Positions 37,253-49,484 of a stretch of DNA of 64,000 nucleotides are shown here, in pieces. Origin of the DNA: Eukaryota sp. GEM-RC1 (taxonomy: Eukaryota); the NCBI GenBank assembly GCA_040285855.1, contig JAUFOQ010000010.1, positions 1,860,001 to 1,924,000 of the forward strand, in the 5' to 3' direction. Every line of letters begins with the position of its first letter. Positions within the stretch are counted from its first letter, which is position 1. A model generated the notes under the pieces. It was given only the letters and a program-made list of their open reading frames with translations, was not told the origin of the DNA and did no database searches. Made by a program: the position numbers and the translations under genes.

Positions 37253-40246
37253 CTACAATCCTTCTATTGGATATTTTTTAATCTCTGATTTAGTGCCTTG
37301 ATTAATAGGGTTATTCTCTAGACTAATGGATTTAATAGTGTAATTCAGCTTCAATACATTTGAAAATGCTAAGGCACCTTCATTTCCAACGGAATTACCC
37401 CAAAGATCAATTTTTGAAATTGTAGCATTTTCTTTCAATAATTCAGCTAATGCTTTTGCACTACAATTTCCAAATAAATTACCTTCAAAGTAAATTCCTC
37501 TGACATTTAAAGCAGAATTAAGTCGAAGAGAATCAATTATGCTCAAGAAATTTACATCAGACAGTCGGCAGTAACATAAGTCAAGACTAGTCAACTTAGT
37601 ACTGGTCTTGAGTAATTCACACAAGACTGCAAGAGCTTCGTCAGTAAAAGTACACTTGTTGATACGCAGGTCAATGATTTCAAGAGATAGTAAAACAGAC
37701 ATATTCTTGGCAGTAATTTTAGTCCGAACTTGTGGTGAAAAGGAGAAAATGGCATATTCTGAGTCAATGTAATGAGGAGAGACTTTAATATTTGGTGGTG
37801 ACTTGTTAGTGGATAAGTGTTCGAAAACAGTCAAAAGAGTTTTAAATCCAATGTCATTACGACTAAGGTTAATCATTTTTAAGTTAGAGTTGGATCGAAG
37901 TGCATTAATTAAGTTCGAGAAATTCTCGTTAGGTTTCTCGGCGTAAGGGAAATAAAAATCTTCATCAGAACTTTGTATGTAGCTGAAGTCAACAGAAGTC
38001 AAAGAAGTATTTGCACTGATTAAATCACATAAAATATTAATCGTATCAACCTCAAAAATACAGTTCTTAAGATTAAGCTCTTTGATACTAAATCTATTAA
38101 CAAATGACTGTAGAGATGAAACTTCTGTAGTAGTTATTTCAGAAAAAACTGCTGGGTAAAGCTAAACACCCCATTTTTAACGTCAATGAAGTGGGGAGAA
38201 ATATCAATATCTATAACTGATTTCTTAAGGGAGAGAAGTTTAAATAAAGTAATAATTGCTTCTAAATTTTGGTTGTTCAATGTACGACAATCAACACGTT
38301 TAATAGGGAGATTAGAATGCAAAGAATCCATCAGTGAAATCAAATCATCGGGAGCCAGTTCATCATAAAAAATAGTTCCAGTTGAAAAATCAATCCTATG
38401 AGGATCAACGTGAAGAGTTGGTCGTAATTGATGAGTAGAAAACTCTTTGAAAACAGCCAGAATAGTTTTAAATCCACCATCAATACCACTAAAATTAACC
38501 GTTTTTAAAGAAAAATTGGATCTAATGGCATTAATTAAGTTAGAAACACTGTTTTCATTCAGTTTACAGTGACTGAAGTCAACAGAAGTCATTGAATTAT
38601 TCTTTCTGATTAAATTACTCAGAACAGTGGTTGATTCTTCAGTAAAAATACAGTTCTTAAGAGTAAGCTCTTTGATACCAAATCTATTAACAAATGACTG
38701 TAGAGAAGAAACTTCCACGGTAGTAATCCAAGAGGAATACTCTGGAGAAAAACAGAACACTTTCTTATTAACATCAATAAAGTGGGGGTCAAAATCAACT
38801 GAAAAAGGAAGTTGCTTTGTACACACTGTTTCACAATCACTTACAAAAGAGCTCAAACTCTTGGAACTATCTGGCAAAACAACTTTTTTAATGACGTGAT
38901 TGTTTTTGAAACTTATGACAAATAATTGAAATAGAGTGGAAGTCATCAAGTGGCCAGGAAAATTTAAAATAAGCAAGGATTTGTTGATTCTCATCATTTT
39001 GCATAAAGCTTCAAACTCCTCACTTTCGAAGGTTTTCCTGTTACAAAATCCACGTACAATCAGTTCCTTTAAAGAAGTATTCGACTCAAGAAATTTAAAA
39101 ATTGGTGAGAATGACGACTCTGATATTGTCACTTCAAGTCTTTTTAAAGCCGTATTATGTTGTAAAACATCAGCAATATCATTAGGATTACAGTCGATGT
39201 TCATCATACTCAACTCTTGCAAGGATGAATTGCACTTTAAAGGAGCTGGAACAGAAGGAACTGCATTTGGATAAGTGAATTCGAAAGCAGTTAGTTTCTT
39301 AATACTGGAACTGTTAAATAAAGAAGCCAAAACTTCAAAAGTAATATTTGTATCAAATAACCTAACTTCTTGCATAGAGTTGCAGTTGGCTACAGCATTA
39401 AACATTGGAGCTAGACAATGAACATCTAATTCTCGAGAGCCAGAAGTGTTGAAAGAGAACTTTCTCAAACGACACTTACTTGAAGAGAAAATCTTAGTTA
39501 AAAGTTTAGCTTCTCTGGGAGTATAAATAAGAATGTCTAGTGTTTCAATAGTAGGACTTTGTAGGATAAATTTAACAGTACCATAATGAAAAGCTTCGTT
39601 GGAACCTGTAGGATTCAATGCACCTGTTGAAAAAAAGCCAAGAGAAAGTTGTCTGAGATTGGTTAAGAATAGTGGACCTTTTGGATTGAAGAAGTCATAG
39701 GAATACGAAAATAGTTTGTCTAGACTTATGCTGTGGATTATTGAAGCAAAAGGAGAAAGGATCGATCCACTATTAGCAAATGCCCCCCTCCCCCGGGGAA
39801 GAACTGCCCTGGGAAGGATCACTGACTTCCAGGTCAAGAGAATGAATCTCAGAATTGAAGAAAGAAGCAAAAGTAGCTAGTTTGGAAAGGTTTTCGGGCC
39901 ACCTTACTGTGAACAAGTGAGTTCCAAGAAACACTTGAACGGCAACACAAGCAGTTTCGAAGAATATTGTACTGACATATCCAATTTTATGGATGAACTT
40001 TGATATTCTATTGACACGGTAAAAAGATTGCTGAAAGGAGAACGAGAAATCTTTCTTGGAACTCGAAGCACACACGCGTCTTAGAACGTGGAGATTGATG
40101 GAAAATAGTAAGGACTCTTGTAAGACTATGACGTTGGGAGAAGAATCTATCGAATCAAGAGCCTTTGGTTGTTGAACATTCAAGCGGGTTGCAAATGGGT
40201 CTTCAGAGGAGGGATGGTTCTCATACAGGGATTTGTTGTGAGACAT
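37253..40246 (-). CDS. Large RNI-like leucine-rich-repeat protein with a family-specific N-terminal domain; frameshifts near 39800 and 38145
   Basis: ORFs 39773-40342, 38134-39870 and 37253-38002 join into one gene. LRRs such as ALAELLKENATISKIDLWGNSVGNEGA and a recurring PHFIDV motif. ATG at 40246. Confidence 0.75.
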
Positions 40247-40284
40247 TAACCGGAGGAATATTAAATGAATTTGTTGAAATAAAT

Positions 40285-41196
40285 CATACTTGGGTATCAC
40301 ACTTTTTTGCATTTTGTGATACATGTGAATCACACATATCACATCACAACATCACATCACAGTGTGATATGTGTGATATTTGAGGTATATCACATCACAA
40401 ATACAGATAATACTGATCTTACTCAATAGAACCATATATACACAAACTTGAAGTGTATATTCTGCTAGATACTAGTCTTTGGGATTTTGGACCTCCATCG
40501 AGCCTTCTAACCATAGAATGTGATTGAGGAACAAAGTCAAAAGAATCCAGTAGTCGCAAATTTCTGTACTGATTTAAAGAAGACTTCTGTTGTTTATCAA
40601 ATTTAAATCACGCAGGTTTACGGTCTATTGTTAAATGATCTTCAATATAGCTATGGAAACAAAAGATAAGTACAAAAAACCATTGATGACTCTTAAACAT
40701 GTGAAACGTGTTGAATATGAAACACTAGTATGTCATTTGGATGTATCAATTTACGATCGTTTAGGAAAAAGTGGACTCAATTGTCTTAATGATGTTGACA
40801 ATGGTCGTAAATAGTGGATGAACAACCTTTTGATCATATGTTAGTATAGTGTATTCTGTTTGTAGAACAATTCACCGAATCGTCGCTAAAGCTTTACTAT
40901 TGGTGAGTTCCTGTTTGGAGTAAATAACTGCTGCCATGTGACAAATAAGATAGAATGTAAATGTATCTCTTAAATTCTTTCAGATTGGGTCATATAAATC
41001 GTTCAAATGTTTTCACACAACAGTAAGTATTGATCGAGTTTATTCTTCAATTGGAATATATCACCATATTTTGCGTATTTCGACCTCCCAAAAGCATCAC
41101 AAATATCACTCACAAATCAGTCTTTTTGTGATACCTGTGAATCACAAAAATCACTCACAAATATCACATCACAAAAAAGTGTGATACCCAAGTATG
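40285..41196. mobile_element. hAT-type non-autonomous element (912 bp)
   Basis: Perfect 25-bp TIR CATACTTGGGTATCACACTTTTTTG. Perfect 8-bp TSD AAATAAAT. Subterminal ATCAC repeats. Confidence 0.92.
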
Positions 41197-41330
41197 AAAT
41201 AAATAGAGTGACGGCTGATGTAGTACCTTACATATCGCACGTCATCATGTCACGTCACTCTGTATCAATTTGATCTAGTCGACAACAACTTTAACTCAAC
41301 TTGTCCGGTAAGTACTGCAATAAGTACCTA

Positions 41331-41541
41331 CACTGGTCACAACAATTAGTCTCAGTGAGACTAATTCATAAACTAGTTTCAAAATAGTCCATAGTCCATA
41401 ACTTAGTCTCACTGAGACTAATTTTTATCTAGCGAAATTCTGCCTCTAAAATGTGTAAAGGACGCAAAACATAAATTAGTTTCAGTGAGACCAATTTTCC
41501 ACTGAGACTAATTTTCCACTGACTAAATATTGTGACCAGTG
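41331..41541. mobile_element. TA-flanked MITE (211 bp) with internal palindromes
   Basis: TIR CACTGGTCACAA / TTGTGACCAGTG, with TA on both sides. Repeated AATTAGTCTCA(G/C)TGAGACTAATT palindromes. Confidence 0.82.
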
Positions 41542-41969
41542 TAGTTGTTATGTTTTTTTTTTAAGTTGGCTGATTATGTGTGTTTATCAGCAATTGTATA
41601 AACCATAGTGTTTAATTCACCCAAACATTTCCATGTTCTGTGGTTTGTAAAACATTGCATCTAAATCATCAACTGTTAAATGTCGATCGAACATATATTG
41701 AACGAAACTAGGTTTTGTATGGCGGTTTTTGTTGAACAAAATTGGTCCGTAAATTGGTCATTGCTACTGTCCTTCACAGATCACAAATGTCACTGTGATT
41801 TGTGAAGTACCACTATGTTTTATAATGAAGATTACATGTGGTATGAAATGTGATAATCTTGCAGTACAATCCTTCACTACACGTTATCCTTTCAACTACT
41901 ATTTCTCAACGTACTACATTGATAAGATTTGTTTGCAACAAAGAACAACATGTATCAAAAATCGCATGT

Positions 41970-42290
41970 AATAAACAACGCCTTTTATTTACTCTTACAA
42001 ATACCAACTATCATCAATATTAACAAATCAAATACAAATACCTCTACATCATCTCAAATTCATGTCTCAATGCAAATAGACGGTTCGAAATCGAATCAAA
42101 ATACCTAAACAGGTCTTTGAAAAGGGGAAATGACAACCTTCCTCTTCAGTAACTTTCGTTAAAACTCTTTCCATACTGTTTACACAATTGGCCAAAATCT
42201 GTGAGAAATTGTTGACCGAAGCAACCAAACGTTCCTAAAAGAGCATTAGCAAAAGGATGGAAAACAAAAGGATTGTGTCGGCAAGGATTG
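41970..42290 (-). mobile_element. 3' fragment of an RLE non-LTR retrotransposon
   Basis: Translates PFVFHPFANALLGTFG...FLTDFGQLCK, similar to KFVFQPFAVSLFGSI...FFKDFEELCK in 33553-34407. Ends at AATAAA. Confidence 0.65.
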
Positions 42291-43117
42291 GGGCGCCAGT
42301 CACCTATGTAGTTGATACTTCCCACAAAGCTTCTTAATTCATGTTTTCTGGAATTGGTGCTGCAAGTATGGCAGTTATTTCATCTTTATCAATTCGGCGT
42401 GTTCCGTCTTGGAAGGTACTTCCAAGTATCTTGACTTCCGAACTTTTAGTTAACAAGGAGCATTTTTTTTCCTAAGTGTACTTGGCGGCGAATGCAGCGA
42501 TCTAGAATTAGTTTTCGGTTAAATAAAAATTGATCTTCGTTGTTAACGGGAATGATATGTATCATCGAAATAAATGAATACTGCAGGGATTTCCTAAAAG
42601 ATTTCAGACGGAGTGTTCTGAAATACAGCAGGTCCATTCTTTAACCCAAAAGCCGCTCTTGATTCGACCAGAAATCTTCAGCGTTCTTTTGTCGAAGTCC
42701 TTTTCTTCAATTTTTAATTGCCAAAAGGCGCTTGGCCAGTCCAACGTGGCGATAGAATTCAGCAAGATCTCGTTGGAGATCTGGAGACGATTAGGGTTGA
42801 TTCTTCTTGGCGGCTTGTTTACAATCACATTTTGGTCGTGATATTCGGTGCTCATAGGAGGGGTATTTATTCAATCAGGATGTGGAGAGCCAAAGGCTTC
42901 TTCGTGTTCGTTTAATAGTTATAACAGTTTTTCTTCGGTTCGGCTTGGTGGTTCAGTACAGCATTCTGTGAAAGATTCTTCCTTGGTTCGGGGTTCTTCT
43001 TGGGACTTCCAAGGCTCTAGGCGGAGACTGGATCAAATGATCGAAATCATCTTCTGTGGTTAGTAAGGTAATGCGCTTGTCATTGAATCTTATGTCCAGT
43101 CCGTCCGTAGTTAGGAG

Positions 43118-44828
43118 CATAGATGGGAAATAGAACTTCATGCCTCTGTATTAATACACATACAAATACGAATACAAATACAACGAATACAAATACACTG
43201 TTTCTATCACGTGAGTGTATTTCAATTGTATTTCAGGTGGAAACATTTGTGTTACTTTGATAAGACCATTTGAAATAATCGACTATGCTATGAAGTGGTA
43301 TTGCGAAAATCTTACTTTCATCGTTTTCGCGCCGAATGTAGTTGAACTTTTGATTTATACTACAGAAACTCACCAAACACCAAATATTATGATAGAGAGT
43401 GGGTGAGCACTCAAGATAATTATGAACTAAAAATTTTCATCTACTGGTATCAACTTCTAAGGTTTTTGATGTGATTACAGTTGGTGCATGAAAAAAAAGT
43501 GCATTTAGCTAAGCCAAAAATGAAGTTTCTCCCCTGAGTTTTCAGAAAAATTGAAGAGAAATAGATATCGATTATCATATGTTGGTCTTTGGTACCATGT
43601 AAAAGAGATAAGTGGATTTTATTAATCATAGGTCCTGATGAGTCACTAACACATACCCCTTGACTCTCCATTTCAACGAGCACCTATCCTTTAGGGGGTT
43701 GTCGAAGATTAAGTTGTTGCGCTGCTATCCGCGCAGTTGAGATGTAAACCGCATAGTGGGAGAGGAGGCAGGTGTTTTTGAATCAGTAGGAGTCACAACA
43801 TAACTAGATGAATTGGAATTTCCTGGACACACTACTTTATACTACAATTGTACGTACTTTTGCAGAAAAAACACTGTATTTGGTATTCCAGCAGTATTTT
43901 TGTCATGTGAATCTGCATTGAATATGCAAATTAATAGAATGATAACAAGTTTTATTGACAACAACACTACAGTGTACTTACAGCTAATAATCAATATCCT
44001 CAAAGTCCAGATTGCCTAACTGGAAGCTTTCACCTACCTTATCCTCATAATGTCTGCCATGAGATAATAAAGCGCTAGATACAGAAGTCACCATACCTTT
44101 AAAGATAGCAAACACGATTCGATTTTTCCAAAATCTAAGATCAAAAGTCCTAGATGTTTTTTCTTTAACAATCTTCACAAAGATTTCAAGTAATGATGTT
44201 GCAGATTCACCTAAAGAACCGTACAGTAAAAATACAAACGGGTACAACAAGTAATTCGAGTGTGAAGCCGAATTCAATAATTTCAATTTAGCACAATATT
44301 TTTGCATTTTAAATTTTTCACCAATCAGCAAGGGGTTTTTAGCATTAGATTTAGCAAGTTTCTTGTTGGAATCATTACAAACATCGATAGACATAACATC
44401 AGCAATAATGAAAGATCCATCAAGACCGGGAAATATGACGTCACCACGGCTATTTCCAAACGATTTGTCAACATCTGTATCATCAAACAAACCAGCCAGA
44501 ACTGGTTCTAAAAAGGAAACTATTCCATAAGATTTACACATACAATATAATTGATCCCTTACTGAATCATGAACCCTACTTCTAAACGAAATAAAACGGT
44601 TACAATTCAATAAATGTGTAGGTGTTACAGATTGCCCACATTGGCATTTCAAATTATGTGGAAGGTTATCAGGCCAAATATATGACCGTAAACGCATGTT
44701 AATAGAATGATTGAGACTAAATACTGATACTAAAAATACCAAACAAAAATACAAATAAGGGCTTTGTATTGATACAAATACAAATACAAAATACACAGAA
44801 TACATGTATTCTGTATTTCCCATCTATG
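43118..44828. mobile_element. hAT-type non-autonomous element carrying a non-LTR fragment
   Basis: 15-bp TIR CATAGATGGGAAATA. 8-bp TSD GTTAGGAG / GTTAGAAG (one mismatch). AATACA subterminal arrays. Confidence 0.85.
43940..44716 (-). mobile_element. 5'-truncated RLE non-LTR retrotransposon (knuckle plus endonuclease)
   Basis: NMRLRSYIWP, CQC...HLLNC, VHDSVRD, RGDVIF...DVMSIDVC...KMQKY...YPFVF. Confidence 0.85.
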
Positions 44829-45673
44829 GTTAGAAGTCCAAGGCATTTCAAAATGTCGCAACCGATAAGAAGTTGGTTCTTTTTGGCTGAAACGGTAAGT
44901 TTCACTTCCAAGTGACCGCGTATAGGAGAACATATAGTTGGTACTTCGTTCAGAGGGGAAGTTCGTGGTAAGGTATACAAATGCTTTCTGATGAGGGAGT
45001 TGTCAGTGTCTTCTTTAGTTATGGCGTAGGCGGCCATTTCTTCAATCCAGAACAAGATATGGTCAGCGTCTAGGACTTTGAGGAGGGGCACTTTGGTTCG
45101 TATCTCCTTTCGGCTTAGGGTAGACTTTAGCAAGGCGACATTACGGTCGGAAACTTTATCTTCTTGGGTTTCATCATCAAGGTCTGAGTCCGAAGCAGAT
45201 GTTAGCATTCGGAGAGACAAGGGAGCGGCGGCAACTTCTCGGCGGCGGCTCGAGTACAAATCTGAATGAGAGGAGGCATTATAGTAGTCCTCATCATCAA
45301 CAGTGACATAAATATGGACACAATAACTATTGTTGACTATACCGTCAATAAGGGTACTAGTATCAAAGAAATTATAAGTCATAGGTTATTTCGACGAAGA
45401 TACTACAGTAGTAAGTGAATCTTATATGTAAAATCTATAAATAGACAACAACACTAGAAAAACATTACGATCACAAATCACATCTGTGGTTACATTAAAC
45501 CTACGATTTGTGACACTTATAAGATCACGGATCACAAATATAATTATTATTTGTGAAGTACAACTATGTTTTAAATGAAGATTCAATGAGTTATCAAATG
45601 TATTATATAGAATTTGAGTTTCTTGCAGTACGTCCCTTTATTACACGTCAACTACATGTACTTTTTTTTGAAC

Positions 45674-46233
45674 CAATGTGCGCAAATCTTTGGTACGTAC
45701 AGTACGTACCGATTTATTTTATCCGTACCGATGTCATTTGATTTATTAAAAACCTATTTATGAATGAGGTACAATCACTTGTCAAACACAGCACTAGTGC
45801 AAGTTGCTACTGCATCATCTGATCGTTTAGAAATCCAATCTGTGGGTTTTAGGGCCCTTTATCATTTTTATATTCCGTCCTAGCCGCTCAGTAAATGCAT
45901 TGCGATTCGAAGAAGCTATTACTATTGTTGATGTTGAGCGATTGCTGAACTTCTTACGTAAAAATGTCATTTTGGGGAAGTTGTGGTCAGCAATTGACGT
46001 ACCGTGAATTTGAATGAGTGTGACAATCATGATTTTGATATCCTAAGCAATGATTAACGCTAGAATTTATGACGATGGTAACTGTTAAAATCTCACATTG
46101 GATCACCCTGTTCAGAATAGTAATAATGTATTTTAGTCGGTTAAAAGAACAGTACCGGTACTTGTATCGTACGTACGTACGTACGGTACGGTACGCCTAA
46201 ATTCGTCGTGGTACGGAACATTTGCGTTCCATG
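45674..46233. mobile_element. hAT-type non-autonomous element (560 bp)
   Basis: 8-bp TSD TTTTGAAC. Degenerate TIR CA..G..CGCAAAT. Subterminal GTAC arrays at both ends. Confidence 0.72.
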
Positions 46234-47055
46234 TTTTGAACATACTATACTACATTGATAAGGTTTGTTTGCAACAAAGTACAACATTTGTTAAATCTCT
46301 CATGTAATTGTTATCATATCAAAATCTTGATTAAAACAAATCTCTTCAAGTGTAGAATCGTAAAGGCTTCTCTGCCGTTTCCCTCACAGTGATCGTAGTT
46401 TACGGTGAAGAATTTAGTGTATAACAATGAAGATGTAGATGACTCATGAAACACAAAGTTTAGAATTTGAAACACTGTAAACCTCAATGAGTGTCGTCAG
46501 CCATCTCTAACATATAAGCTTTACAGTGTGTATCTAATCCAAACTGGTCTTTATCTGAAGCAGTATGGCAATTAGGCCTGAATTGAACGGGGTTTGTTCA
46601 CTGAGTGAAACCATCTAACAGAAGAACTACTATGGATGTGCTCTACATATTGATCTTTGCAAAGACGTCAGACAACACTGCTAGGGTAGTAGTATACGGT
46701 GACACTGTTTCTCAGTGATCAAAAACAATGAAGAACTGTGTTCTTATATCGTGATATGTCTGAACAGTGACGATTTCAGTTTCAAACAATGCTTCTTGCC
46801 AAGAACAATGACTAATTGAAATGTAATAGTAACCCTGTGGACATCAAGTAAAATTCCAATGGAATGGTGCCGCTACTAGGTAGATTCAGGACCTAGAGAA
46901 GATTAGATCATCGGCTTTGGTGCGCTGTTGTTTGAACAAATGTGCTCAATTGATCTTTAGAGCAGACCATAATTAACAGTTCTGATTCTTGGAAGCATGA
47001 TGAAGTCATTGTGATACACGGCAGTGTAGGTATAAGGCTGTGTAATTTAGGGCTA

Positions 47056-47377
47056 TTAAGTTGGGTTCAGTGTGCGCTGTAACAATTCTTGAAAGGCACT
47101 CGAATGTAATAGAGGAGCGAACTTGTCCGAAGAATGTACTACTACATTACCAGACTCACTTATAGTAAGAAAAAAAGTCTCACACTGATAGGTATTGGCA
47201 AGTTCTCTAGCCATGGAAGCTATAGTCGCTCTACGTTTGCTAAGAGTAACTAAAATGAGTATGATTGTAAGTAATAGATATAACATACTTTAAAAATCAA
47301 CACAAACCAAATCTTTTTCTGTTATCTTCAATGTAAGTGTGGCGAGATATAGAACTAAGTTGTTGAGGTGAAGACAT
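47056..47377 (-). CDS. Minimal SRF-type MADS-box protein, 87 aa, 2 exons
   Basis: Exons 47377-47308 and 47249-47056, with a 58-nt intron at 47250-47307. YIEDNRKRFV|TLSKRRATIASMARELANTYQCETFFLTISESGNV matches the MADS consensus (cf. SRF FIDNKLRRYTTFSKRKTGIMKKAYELSTLTG). Confidence 0.8.
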
Positions 47378-48811
47378 TGAGATTGAAATTGCAAACTCTT
47401 CAGCCTTTACATTCACAACTCAACAACCAGCATTGGAATGACACTGCTGATTCGTTGCATTGAAACGCAACTCTACCTATTTTCAATTTGTACTCTTTTT
47501 AAGATCAAAATCGTTGAGAAAAATGTTCTACACACAGCTTGTTGCTGCTACCAAAATAACACATGCTGCCCGATTCATCATGGCTTACGAACGTTCATTC
47601 ATCCATAGAAGTTACTACTGTGCAATTGCTCCTTGTGTAAGTGGAATTGACCTCATTAGATTTGACCAAACCATTTTAATGACATTCAGTGTGATTATTA
47701 ACAGCTCCTGAATATCATGTCAATTTACAGACTTATCTACAGTGTCAGCCTCAGTCAAGACATTTCTCAGAGTTTCAGCTGAACACAATTGCTTCTGGGA
47801 TTAGTTCAATCGACATTTGTGGTTCAAATAGATACATTAAATCGGATCCCCAACTGACTGATTCTCGAAGAAATCCTTTGACATGAGAACATGAACAAGA
47901 ACATGTTCGATTTGATCCAACTAGAAGACCATTTTCTCATGCGTTCAACCTCCACTCTTCTCTGAATTTCAAATGCGTCTTCATGATTAGCAGCGGAGTT
48001 TTGTGATTGTGTTCAATCACAAGTTGCTCCTTATGCTCTACATACAAACAAGGCTATACTACATATACAAACGACTCTTTTTCTTCGCGATTCTATTCCA
48101 ACACCACTCCCCTTCCACCACTCCCTTTTCACGGAAAGGGGAGTTCATTTGAATGGTGATCACATTCACTTCAATGCAACATCAGTCTAGCGCTTCTATC
48201 CTTCTTGAAAAATTCCTTCTTGTTGAGTTCCTTTCTTCTCTATAGGATGTGACCTCAATACATTGCGATGATGACACCATTGCATCTGATCTGAAACAAT
48301 CTTTATCTCATCTTCTGTGATGATTCGCTTCTGTGATGATTCTCCCTCCTCTCACAAATTCTGTCTTTTTCTGTTTCGGATCTGACAAAACCAGGGTCAC
48401 ATCATCTTCTTTGATGACGTGATCATGTTTCTCTTTCTCCGAATTGAAATGCCGTTTGTAACTGAAAATCAGTCCACGCCACTACTATAGACACTTTCTT
48501 TGAAGATTTTCAAGGAATTCCACTCCAGACTCTGTTTTTAAAATCAATAAGTATATAAATTGCGTCATTCAGTCAACCCTCTTAACATGGTAAGCAACAC
48601 ATCACTTGAGGACTTACGTCATTTGGAGTCTAACAAAAGGTAAGAACTGAAAACAACCTAACCTGATTCGAGAGGATCTAGTTCATAGGTGCTTTATGAT
48701 ACGATACTCTGAACAGTTAAATTAAGAGAAAATGTCCTGGAAGCGTCAAAAGGTTGGAATTGAAGTCACTATCTTACGAAACATGACAACAGTCCATGTA
48801 AGTGTTTTGAA

Positions 48812-49484
48812 CATACTTGTTGATTACAATAACATTGTGATAACACGTGTTTGTGATAACACGTTATAACAAACATGAATTACCTTGTGATAACATTGGG
48901 TCTTTATATAGTAAAATTTTACCAAACAAATTACAACACCAAATGGTTTGTAGAGGTACTGGTATCTCCTTTGTTAATACTGATGATGATTTTGAATTGT
49001 AATTGATAATTGTAAATAAATGGCGTTTTTTTTACCAATCAACAGTATTCGTGTGATCAGTTGTTTATTATGGAAACTATAGTTTTCAGTTAACTCAGTA
49101 ACATCTTCCACAACTAAGGGAGACTGAACTTCAAACAACACAAACAATATTACCTAATGATTCATTCATTTGGAATCAGTACTGACGGATATTCCTCAAA
49201 AAATGATCACGAAACACTGAAGAAGAATCTGATGCAGCAGTTGGGACTACTTGAAGCGATTGTTGCTGAATTGACAATTGATCACAAGTAGACCGTGTGT
49301 GCAGAACATGTGAGGAAAACAGAATACGAGATTCAAATGTCCTCAATAGCAGTTGGTATTTCATAAACAATTATCACAAATCCTCTTTGTTATAACACGT
49401 TATACTATGTTCTCACATTTTGTTATTGTGATTGTGTGATAACATGTGATCACAAATTGTAGTTGGTTGTTGTCAACAAGTATG
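48812..49484. mobile_element. hAT-type non-autonomous element (673 bp)
   Basis: TIR CATACTTGTTGA / TCAACAAGTATG. Perfect 8-bp TSD GTTTTGAA. GTGATAACA subterminal repeats. Contains a ~90-bp RLE 3' end near 48945-49030. Confidence 0.88.

Larger units (their letters stand above)
42290..45400 (-). mobile_element. Degenerate Ty3/Gypsy remnant (gag, protease and RT pieces) interrupted by a hAT element
   Basis: VNKPPRRINP and IATLDWPSAFWQLKI parallel the RT at 60204-60560. LLIGCDILKCLGLLT|TDGLDIRF rejoins across 43118-44828. Confidence 0.75.

Noticed and set aside
48120..48144. GC-rich 11-bp hairpin (Helitron end or terminator?)
   Set aside because: No CTRR terminus, T-tract or associated element is visible.
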